From contig CAWJJC010000017.1 of the NCBI GenBank assembly GCA_963843145.1, positions 128,001 through 192,000 on the forward strand: DNA of 64,000 bases. The letters are read 5' to 3'. The DNA is from an uncultured delta proteobacterium (GTDB lineage: Bacteria > Desulfobacterota > RBG-13-43-22). Numbering within the stretch: the first letter of the stretch is position 1; every line of letters begins with the position of its first letter. The position numbers and the translations under genes were made by a program. Positions 10,410 to 18,124 of this stretch are shown piece by piece. A model generated the notes under the pieces. That model worked only from the letters and a program-made list of their open reading frames with translations. It ran no database searches and was not told the DNA's origin.

Positions 10410-10994
10410 TCACCATTTTGCGGCCATTCCCTGAAAAGGAAAACCGTCCACCTTTTCCACGGTCCGCTTCATGGTCTCCACATAATCGGGCCGCCGGCCG
10501 TCCCGCCAGCGGGGATAGCCGCCCAGCCAGACATAGCGTACCAATTCCTGGAAATGTTCCTGATCGAAACGATAGTCCCCGAACCGGATCTCGTTTTTTT
10601 CTTTTAGAAACCGGACGGGGAACACTGCGGCCGAACCGTATTGGACCGCGAGTCGCTCCAGGATGGACCGGGTCCGGAAGCCCTCCGGGTTTTGCTTGAA
10701 ATCTTCCGGCTCCTGCGGAAAAGGATAGAAACGGTAAACCTCCCCGATAAACCCCCGGAAATCAAAACCGTGAATCGCCCCCATCAAGTTGCCGATCCGC
10801 TCCTCTTCCAACAGGAATCCACTCAGGACCCATTCCGATTTCCCTTCGTGAAGCGAACCGGCCGCCTCGACGAGGCGGCGGCAGAAGTCGGAGGCGAAAA
10901 AGAAATACCGGTTCAAAAGCAGAAGGTCGGTCTCGATATTGAAAAACCCGAAGGCGATTTCTCCATGGCTGAGGCTGTCGAAGGCGAGGGGCAT
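10410..10994 (-). CDS. Hypothetical protein
   Basis: 194 aa ORF with globular composition (MPLAFDSLSHGEIAFGFFNIETD..GGYPRW), co-oriented downstream of UDG. Confidence 0.75.
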   Translation of the reverse strand: MPLAFDSLSHGEIAFGFFNIETDLLLLNRYFFFASDFCRRLVEAAGSLHEGKSEWVLSGFLLEEERIGNLMGAIHGFDFRGFIGEVYRFYPFPQEPEDFKQNPEGFRTRSILERLAVQYGSAAVFPVRFLKEKNEIRFGDYRFDQEHFQELVRYVWLGGYPRWRDGRRPDYVETMKRTVEKVDGFPFQGMAAKW

Positions 10995-11049
10995 GCCGTT
11001 TAATAATTAATAATTATCAATTGATTATTGATTATTTTTACCAACGTTT

Positions 11050-11757
11050 TCAGTTTCCCGGGGGAGCCGGGGAATTCAAATGCTGCCGTGCCTGTTCGAA
11101 GACCCGGTAAAACATCTCCCTGGTTAACTTCCCGGTAAAGGTGTTCTGTTGACTGGGGTGAAAGGAGGCAATGATCGTCCGGGCCTCGGGCAAGGGAAAG
11201 ACCTTTCCGTGGCCGAACTTCAGGGCCGGCAGTTTCAACCCTTTCCCTCGTAAATTTTTCAAGAGTTGACTGAAGGCGACTTGTCCCAAAGGAATGAAAA
11301 CCCGAACCCGGTCCAGCAGGTCCAGTTCTTGCTGGAAGTAAGGCCGGCAGGCCTCGATCTCCACGGGCAGCGGTTTGTTCTGGGGCGGGGCGCAGCGGAG
11401 GGTGGCGGAGATATAACAATCCTTCAAAACCAGCCCGTCATCCCTCGTTTCCGAATGGGCCTGATTGGCGAACCCGTAACGATGCAGGGCCTCGAAAAGC
11501 CAGTCACCGCTCCGGTCCCCGGTGAACATGCGCCCGGTACGGTTTCCGCCTTGGGCCGCCGGGGCCAGGCCGATGATCAAAACCCGGCCTTGGGGATCCC
11601 CAAAACTGGACAAGGGGCGGGACCAATAGGACCAGTCTTGAAAACGCCGCGGTTTCCGATGAACTACCTCTTGAAGGTATTCAACCAGCCGGGGACACTT
11701 CCGGCAGGAGATGACTTCTTCTTGAAGCTGTCTTAGCGCATTAAATCGGTCGGGCAT
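11050..11757 (-). CDS. Uracil-DNA glycosylase, family 5 (UdgB-like, Fe-S)
   Basis: CRKCPRL, GLAPAAQGGNRTGRMFTGDRSG, RCAPPQNKP, HPSQQN. Confidence 0.92.
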   Translation of the reverse strand: MPDRFNALRQLQEEVISCRKCPRLVEYLQEVVHRKPRRFQDWSYWSRPLSSFGDPQGRVLIIGLAPAAQGGNRTGRMFTGDRSGDWLFEALHRYGFANQAHSETRDDGLVLKDCYISATLRCAPPQNKPLPVEIEACRPYFQQELDLLDRVRVFIPLGQVAFSQLLKNLRGKGLKLPALKFGHGKVFPLPEARTIIASFHPSQQNTFTGKLTREMFYRVFEQARQHLNSPAPPGN

Positions 11758-11783
11758 ATACGAAAATAATCCTACGCCTTCCT

Positions 11784-11951
11784 GTCATTGCTTCCCCCGG
11801 ATCTGATCCGGGGGAAGCAATCCCCCGATTGAGATTGAGGAGCGTTGCAAGCTGGAAGGGGAATTGCTTCGTCGCTTCGCTCCTCGCAATGACGAGCAAA
11901 CCAGATATTTCCATGTTTCGCGGGTGGCCCCCCCCGCAACCCCATGGAAAT
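11784..11951. repeat. Cluster of nested REP-like palindromes
   Basis: GTCATTGC (11784) ... TTGCTTCGTCGCTTCGCTCCTCGCAATGAC (ends 11893) enclosing a perfect 16-bp palindrome at 11788-11820. A second hairpin ATTTCCATG..GCGGG..CCCGC..CATGGAAAT lies at 11907-11951. Confidence 0.75.
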
Positions 11952-12026
11952 GGGACGCCCGGCGGTTTATGCCTTAACGGTTATTTCTTGGGCTGGAAAT
12001 ATGCCCACTCACTGACACACGTCCAA

Positions 12027-12509
12027 TCAGGGTTTCAATTTCAAACAAAGGTCAGCCACCCGCTTCCCTAAAAGCCGGGCGTTTTCGGAAATCTTTTCAT
12101 CGGGGGCCCCGGTGCAGGCCACCCCGTAATGCCCGGTGGCCGACAGCGGATCGCCCACGACCAGCATGCCGTAAATCAGCAGACATTGAATGATGGATAT
12201 CATGGTAGTTTCCTTTCCTCCGGAAGGATCCCCCGAGGTGGCAAAGGCCGCCCCCACCTTGTTCTCCATCTTTTTCCGTACTCCGACGTAATCGTCAAAA
12301 ATCTTTTTGAGCTCCGCGGCCATCGCCCCGAAGTAGACCGGCGACCCGGCAATCAGCCCGGCGGAATTCACGAAATCATCCTTGGTGACCTCGTTAGTAT
12401 TCCGCAGCAGGGCCTGCGTCCCCTCCACTGCGCTAACTCCTTCAGCAATGGCCTCTGCCAGTTTCCGGGTATTTCCCCCTCGAGAGTAATAAAGAATCAA
12501 TACCTGCAT
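12027..12509 (-). CDS. WrbA-like flavodoxin / NAD(P)H-dependent oxidoreductase
   Basis: YYSRGGNT FMN loop, GSPVYFG, KVGAAFATSG..GGKETT. Confidence 0.9.
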   Translation of the reverse strand: MQVLILYYSRGGNTRKLAEAIAEGVSAVEGTQALLRNTNEVTKDDFVNSAGLIAGSPVYFGAMAAELKKIFDDYVGVRKKMENKVGAAFATSGDPSGGKETTMISIIQCLLIYGMLVVGDPLSATGHYGVACTGAPDEKISENARLLGKRVADLCLKLKP

Positions 12510-12550
12510 TTTTTCCTCCCTTTTTTGGATTTAAACCAAAAATTCAAATA

Positions 12551-12733
12551 TTATTTTACCTCAAAGTGCTGTCCCTCTTCAACCGCCCCGTCCAAACCCG
12601 CCTCGTTTCCCCATTCATCATAGACTTTTTTCCCTTTTTCAATCTCTTTAACCAAGCCCGCCTGAATCAAGGCATGACGAACGGTCATCCCCTCCAAGAG
12701 ATCCACCCGTTGATTATTGACCCAGGCTTTCAT
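12551..12733 (-). CDS. Small beta-grasp (ThiS/ubiquitin-like) hypothetical protein without C-terminal GG
   Basis: 60 aa, MKAWVNNQRVDLLEGMTVRHAL..LDGAVEEGQHFEVK; starts 2 nt after the nucleotidase stop. Confidence 0.6.
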   Translation of the reverse strand: MKAWVNNQRVDLLEGMTVRHALIQAGLVKEIEKGKKVYDEWGNEAGLDGAVEEGQHFEVK

Positions 12734-12735
12734 GA

Positions 12736-14301
12736 TCACTCCAGGCTCCGGATCCGGCCATCCGTAGAGGCCGTTACCTTTTTCTGTCTTTTCATAAAAG
12801 CGATTACCAATTCCTGAATCGTCCTACCCCGATCATACAGGATGACCTTTCCGGATCCGGGTTCGGGCTTCCAGCCCGGATTGGAAGCCTGGTCCGGTAA
12901 GGCCTTCTTAAAAACGGAAAACCCGTCTCCCCCGGCGGCCAGGAAATCATTGGTGGCCAGCAGATATTGCTTATCGGCTTCCAGAGGTTGATCGTTGATC
13001 CGAATTTCCTGAACCCGGTTGCCCGGGGGCGCCGACTGCCTATAGACCAGGAGCACTCCGGATACCTGCAAGAATTTGCCTCCCTGTCCCCCCAGATCGG
13101 AAACCCCCTGTTCCAGGACTTCCCTTATTTCCCGGCCGCTGAGACGCAAGACAACCGGAAAATTGTTAAAGGGTAAAACGTCCATTACCGTTTTGACCTG
13201 GATCGGACCTTGGGGGATATCCGCCCGTATCCCGCCCCCATTGAGAACCGCTAGATCCGCTCCGGTTTCAGTGCGGAGAATATCGGCCAGCACGTCGCCC
13301 AGGTTGGTTTCCTGCCGGCGGGCGCCCTGCCCTTTCAGGTCCACCAGGGCTTCTCCGATGACTTCCTCCAGTTGGGCATTAACCCGGCGGCTGGTTTCAT
13401 TCACCAGGGCGGAGACCTCCTTATCCGGTGCCCCCCCCGGCTTGATATCGATCAACCGCCCTTCGGCAAGCCGAATCCCGCCCTCGGCCATCATCAGGTC
13501 CAGGCAGCCCAGGACTTTGCCGTGTTCCCAGGCCTGGACAATCCAGGTGTCATTTACCCTCATCGGCTGTTCGATTCGGGTGTGGGTGTGGCCTCCCACG
13601 ATCAGGTGGATCCCCTTCACCTGCCGGGCCAGTTTCAGGTCGGCGGGGAGGCCCAGGTGGGACAGGACAACGACCAGATCCGCTTTCGGAGCGTTCGAAT
13701 TCAGTATCTGCCGGATGGTAGCCGCGGGAGGAAGGAAGGCCAGGCCGGTCACGTTCCGGGGATGGGTCATCACCGGGGTGTCTTCGGTCACTACTCCGAT
13801 GATCAGCACCTTCCAGCCCCCGATTTCTTTTAGGACATAGGGCCTGATTTCGGGCAGGCCCTTTACATTGGCGCCCAGAACGGGATAGGAGGCCTCGCCG
13901 ATCCGCTGCTTCAGGACCTCCTGTCCGAAATCAAATTCATGGTTGCCCACTACCAGGGCATCGAACTTCAGGGCATTCATTACCCGAAGGACCGAGGCGC
14001 CCCGAAAAAAATTGGCCCATTGGTTTCCCTGGATCATATCTCCGGCGGCTAACAGCAGCGTAGGTTGTCCAACCCGTAGCCGGTTAACCTCAGCCGCCAG
14101 ATAAGCTATCCCCCCTATGGCCTCCGAACTGCCTACCGGCCGCTGCGGTTCCGCGTATCCATGAAAATCATTCAGGTAGAGTATCCGCAGATGTCCTTCC
14201 GGTCCCGCCCAGCCGACACCCGCTCCCGCAACCAGGAGGAACAAAGCCAGAAACCAGCTAAAGATCCCCCCCTTTCTTATAAATCTTTTCTTTCGTCTCA
14301 T
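12736..14301 (-). CDS. Secreted bifunctional metallophosphatase / 5'-nucleotidase
   Basis: Signal peptide, NDFHG, AGD, GNHEFDFG, LSHLG, GGHTH, NGGGIR, FLAAGGDGF. Confidence 0.93.
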   Translation of the reverse strand: MRRKKRFIRKGGIFSWFLALFLLVAGAGVGWAGPEGHLRILYLNDFHGYAEPQRPVGSSEAIGGIAYLAAEVNRLRVGQPTLLLAAGDMIQGNQWANFFRGASVLRVMNALKFDALVVGNHEFDFGQEVLKQRIGEASYPVLGANVKGLPEIRPYVLKEIGGWKVLIIGVVTEDTPVMTHPRNVTGLAFLPPAATIRQILNSNAPKADLVVVLSHLGLPADLKLARQVKGIHLIVGGHTHTRIEQPMRVNDTWIVQAWEHGKVLGCLDLMMAEGGIRLAEGRLIDIKPGGAPDKEVSALVNETSRRVNAQLEEVIGEALVDLKGQGARRQETNLGDVLADILRTETGADLAVLNGGGIRADIPQGPIQVKTVMDVLPFNNFPVVLRLSGREIREVLEQGVSDLGGQGGKFLQVSGVLLVYRQSAPPGNRVQEIRINDQPLEADKQYLLATNDFLAAGGDGFSVFKKALPDQASNPGWKPEPGSGKVILYDRGRTIQELVIAFMKRQKKVTASTDGRIRSLE

Positions 14302-14386
14302 GCCCGATATCCTCGCCCGAAGTCTAAATTTAAACCAAAAAAATAAACTATGTTTGATAGGGCACCTTTTTCGAAGCCATCACCCT

Positions 14387-14470
14387 TTTACCCTCTGTCC
14401 TTTACCCCTTACCCCTAACGCGCTCACGTTTTATGCCCTACCCCATGCCCTTGGCCCTCTGCGCTTTGCC
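14387..14470. repeat. Degenerate heptamer tandem repeat overlapping a gene 3' end
   Basis: TTTACCC TCTGTCC TTTACCC CTTACCC CTAACGC ... TTGGCCC TCTGCGC TTTGCC. Confidence 0.55.
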
Positions 14471-16735
14471 TACAAACAGGGCATCAACGGCCCGGACCCC
14501 GCGGCCCTCGGGCAGGACCAGCAGGGGGTTGATTTCGATGGAATCAAAATCACGGCCCATTTCCTCTATCAGGCCGGAGAAGTCCACGGTGGCTTGAATC
14601 AAGGCCTGGAAATCGGCCGGCGGTCTCCCCCGGACTCCCATGAGGATGGAAAATCCTTTGAGCGACCGCCACATCCTTTCCGCCTGAAAGGGAGAAATCG
14701 GTGCGTAGGCAAAAGCGGCGTCTTTCAACACTTCCACCAGGATTCCGCCCAGCCCAATGACCAGCAAGGGTCCGAAATAGGGGTCTTGCGTCATCCCTAA
14801 AAGAACCTCCACCCCTTCGGCGACCATCTCCTCCACCAGCAAAGACGGCCCGTTCGTTTGAAAGAGAATCGGGAATCTTCTTTTGATTTTATTGACCGCG
14901 GCCGTTACTTCCTCTTCGTTCTCCAAATGGAGAAATACTCCCCCGGCATCGGTCTTATGCTGGATTTCGGCGGATAGTATCTTGAGGGCCGCCGGAAACC
15001 CGATCTGTCCGGCGAGGGCCACGGCCTCCTCTTCGTCCCGGGCGATCCCGTTTTTGGGAATGGCAATGCCATAGTGGGCTAAAATCTTTTTGCCCTGAAA
15101 TTCATCCGGCACTTCAGCCGTTCTTAAGTCACCCGGAAGAGATTCCTTTAAAGGAGATCTTTCCGGAATGGCCAGCAGACCTCGTTTGACATCGTTCAGA
15201 TACCCGCCATACTCCATCAGACCGCTCATGGACACCACCGCCCGTTCCGGATTCCCAAAGATGGGTTGCTGAAATCGGCGGGTCATCTTTACCGCCGTTC
15301 CGGGCAGATAGGTAACCAGCAGGATGGGCTTCCCATAGCGGGCCATGATTTTTCGGATTTCCACCATGAAGGGTCCATCCGCCCAGATCCTGAATTCTCT
15401 GAGACGGAAGCCCTCCCGTTTTCTCTTCTCGCTTTTCCCACTGGATTTCCCCTCCGATCGGCCGGCGTCTTTAGCCCAAAGCTTCTGGGGAAGGTTTAAA
15501 AGGGAACGCAGCGCATGTTTTACAAAAAGCCACTTCCAGCGAAAAAGTTGCCCCAGATATTTTCGCACCCCGGTCAGCATGCCCAGGACAATCAGGGCAT
15601 CCACCTCACCTCCGGCGGAAAGGATCCGCAGGACCTCCAAGTGGGACATTCGATCGGTGGTCCCGGCCAGGTCGAGGGGATTGGCGTGGCTCCAGAAAGG
15701 CGGCAGAATGGCGTTCAGCTTTTCCATCGTCGGAGGTGAAAGAGCAGCCAGCGGTAAGGCTTTCAAGGCGGCCGCATCGGTAGTGGCCACGCCCCAACCG
15801 CCGCCCAGGGTGACCACTCCCAGTCGTCGGCCTTCAGGGGGTTTTAGAAGGCTGAACGTCTTGACTAAGTCAATCAACTCCTCGGTGGATTGGGCCTCCA
15901 CGATCCCGGCCTGTTTGAAAAGATCGGAAATCATCTGGGGGGATTGGGCCACGGCCCCGGAATGGGAACGGGCGGCCCGGGCCCCGGCGGCCGTTTTGCC
16001 CGCCTTGAGCGCCAGGATGGGTTTCACCCGGCTGACCCGGGCAGCCGTTTCCAGAAACTTTTTCCCTTGGCGAACACTTTCGATGTAGAGCACCACCACT
16101 TTCGACCGGGGATCGTGCCCGAAAAAGGCCAGGTAATCGGCCAGATCCAGGACGGCTTCGTTGCCTGAGCCGACAAAGCGGCATATCCCCACCCCTTCCT
16201 TCATGCTCAATTCCATAATCTGAAGACCGATATTCCCCGATTGAGATATCACATCCACCGGACCCGGTTTTACCCCCAGGGGCATAAATAAGATCTCCAA
16301 CCCCGCAGGGGTGGAAACCATCCCCATGGTGTTGGGTCCCACCAGCCGGACCCCGCCCGCCAGGGCCTTTTCCGTCAACCGGACTTCCAATTGGGCGCCG
16401 GCCTCCCCGACCTCTTTAAAATTGGAGGATACCAGGAGGACATTCCTGACCCCCAAACGGCCACATTCTTCCACCATGGCAATGGAGGACAGGGCCGGAA
16501 CGGCGATGACGGCCAGATCGACTTTTTCCGGGATATCTTTAAGGGAGGAATAGGCCCTTCGGCCCAGCACTATGCTTTCATGGGGATTGACCAGATAAAC
16601 CGGCCCCTTAAAGTTGGAAACCAGCAGGGTGGCCGCCAGGTTAAAGCCCCACTTGCCAAAACGATTCGAGGCCCCGATGACGGCCACGCTTTGAGGTGAA
16701 AAGAGATCTTCCAAATTGGGTTGGGATGGTTCCAA
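14438..16735 (-). CDS. ADP-forming acetate/acyl-CoA ligase family protein (fused alpha-beta)
   Basis: PQSVAVIGAS CoA-binding domain, GPNTMG, SQSG, RSHSGA (phospho-His), NPLDLAG, ATP-grasp HKTDAGGV..EINPL. Confidence 0.92.
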   Translation of the reverse strand: MEPSQPNLEDLFSPQSVAVIGASNRFGKWGFNLAATLLVSNFKGPVYLVNPHESIVLGRRAYSSLKDIPEKVDLAVIAVPALSSIAMVEECGRLGVRNVLLVSSNFKEVGEAGAQLEVRLTEKALAGGVRLVGPNTMGMVSTPAGLEILFMPLGVKPGPVDVISQSGNIGLQIMELSMKEGVGICRFVGSGNEAVLDLADYLAFFGHDPRSKVVVLYIESVRQGKKFLETAARVSRVKPILALKAGKTAAGARAARSHSGAVAQSPQMISDLFKQAGIVEAQSTEELIDLVKTFSLLKPPEGRRLGVVTLGGGWGVATTDAAALKALPLAALSPPTMEKLNAILPPFWSHANPLDLAGTTDRMSHLEVLRILSAGGEVDALIVLGMLTGVRKYLGQLFRWKWLFVKHALRSLLNLPQKLWAKDAGRSEGKSSGKSEKRKREGFRLREFRIWADGPFMVEIRKIMARYGKPILLVTYLPGTAVKMTRRFQQPIFGNPERAVVSMSGLMEYGGYLNDVKRGLLAIPERSPLKESLPGDLRTAEVPDEFQGKKILAHYGIAIPKNGIARDEEEAVALAGQIGFPAALKILSAEIQHKTDAGGVFLHLENEEEVTAAVNKIKRRFPILFQTNGPSLLVEEMVAEGVEVLLGMTQDPYFGPLLVIGLGGILVEVLKDAAFAYAPISPFQAERMWRSLKGFSILMGVRGRPPADFQALIQATVDFSGLIEEMGRDFDSIEINPLLVLPEGRGVRAVDALFVGKAQRAKGMG

Positions 16736-16763
16736 AGTATTTGAATCCTACTCTTCGGTTTCA

Positions 16764-16971
16764 GCCGTCGGGTCTCGGCGAAAGGGTTTTCCACATTGCT
16801 TTTTAGGTTCTAACCCGGCCCCCGTGTTTCAAATCTTCCCAGAGGCAGGGCCAGCCTGAGAGGCATCAAGAGCCTCCTGGTTTGGGCCTGTTTAAAATGG
16901 GATTAGGTGCTCAGGTCCGGATTCGAAGTCCGGGGTACCTCGGGAAATCCCTTTCGCCGAGACCCGACGGC
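16764..16971. repeat. 208-bp element with perfect 23-bp terminal inverted repeats (MITE or long-hairpin RNA)
   Basis: GCCGTCGGGTCTCGGCGAAAGGG (16764-16786) is the exact reverse complement of 16949-16971; the interior is also partly self-complementary. Confidence 0.75.
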
Positions 16972-17073
16972 CATACCCGACATAGGCGGGGGTACCCACC
17001 CAAGAAGGCAAAGCTTCAAATAAATTAACCCGCTGATCCCTAAAAATCAAGGACTAACCAGGAAAGAATGGAT

Positions 17074-17101
17074 TTGACTTGGAAAAGAATTTAGGTATAA
17101 T
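17074..17101 (+). promoter_or_regulatory. Sigma70-type promoter TTGACT-N16-TATAAT
   Basis: Near-consensus boxes; the -10 box ends 11 nt before the ATG at 17113. Confidence 0.65.
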
Positions 17102-17112
17102 TTCCAATCGCT

Positions 17113-17985
17113 ATGAATAATTCATCCGAAGACCACCCTCCCAGTTTGATCGACCAGGTCCGGTCGCTCTTCAAAAAGAAATCCGAGTCCACTCCTGAAT
17201 CGATCCTGGAGAAAGATTTTCAGGAACTCATCGACCAGGGTGAAGAGCAGGGTCTCCTGACCCCCGAACAAGGGGACATGATCCATAGCATCTTCGAGTT
17301 TAAGGACACCATCGCGCGGGAAATCATGGTGCCTCGCACCGAGATCGTCGGCGTGGACGCCGACACCCGGATTCAAACGATTATTGATTTAATGGTCAAA
17401 CATGGCCATTCACGCCTTCCCCTCTATCATGAAAATCTGGACAATGTAATCGGTCTCCTTCATGTGAAGGACCTTTTACTCTACTGGGGACAGCCTACCG
17501 ATCAATCCCTGCCGACGGAAGTGATCCGCCAGCCCGTCTTCGTTCCGGAGACCAAAAAGATCGTTCAACTGCTGAAGGAATTAAGGGGTCAAAAATTTCA
17601 CATGGCCCTGGTTTTGGATGAATACGGGGGTATCTCGGGGCTGGTTACCATGGAGGATATTATCGAGGAAATTATCGGAGAGATCGAGGACGAATACGAC
17701 CGTCAGGAACCCCGCCTAATTCCCCTGGATGAAGGCCGGGCGGAAGTGGATGCCCGCCTGGAGATCGAAGACCTGGAAAACTATTTTAACCTGGAAATCG
17801 GGGAACGGGATTTCGAATCGGTGGGGGGGTTTATCATCCATCTCTTAGGCCGGGTGCCCAAGGCCGGCGAAAAGATCTTTCATCAGGATCTGGAAATCAC
17901 CGTGCTGGAGGCCGACAGCCGCCGGGTTCGCCGCCTGCGCATTGAAAAAATACCGGAACAACCGCCGGAACCCTTCCTGGGGTGA
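17113..17985 (+). CDS. CorC/HlyC family CBS-domain protein
   Basis: AREIMVPRTEI, GHSRLPLY, FVPETK, VLDEYGGISGLVTMEDIIEEIIGEIEDEYD, C-terminal CorC_HlyC domain. Confidence 0.92.
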   Translation: MNNSSEDHPPSLIDQVRSLFKKKSESTPESILEKDFQELIDQGEEQGLLTPEQGDMIHSIFEFKDTIAREIMVPRTEIVGVDADTRIQTIIDLMVKHGHSRLPLYHENLDNVIGLLHVKDLLLYWGQPTDQSLPTEVIRQPVFVPETKKIVQLLKELRGQKFHMALVLDEYGGISGLVTMEDIIEEIIGEIEDEYDRQEPRLIPLDEGRAEVDARLEIEDLENYFNLEIGERDFESVGGFIIHLLGRVPKAGEKIFHQDLEITVLEADSRRVRRLRIEKIPEQPPEPFLG

Positions 17986-18027
17986 AACCGGTTGTTGGTT
18001 GCAGGTTACCAGTTGCCTGCTAAAACC

Positions 18028-18116
18028 TGACCAAAATTCGAAAAGTTTTTGTTTTGGTCATTTGTATTTTAGACCTTCGTGTTTGTTTCGGATTTCGTGC
18101 TTCGAATTTCGAATTT
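18028..18116. repeat. AT-rich palindrome plus TTCGAAT-type heptamer repeat between convergent genes
   Basis: TGACCAAAA..TTTTGGTCA, then TTTGTTTCGGATTTCGTGCTTCGAATTTCGAATTT; a related inverted copy lies at about 53141-53203. Confidence 0.6.
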
Positions 18117-18124
18117 GTATTCTC

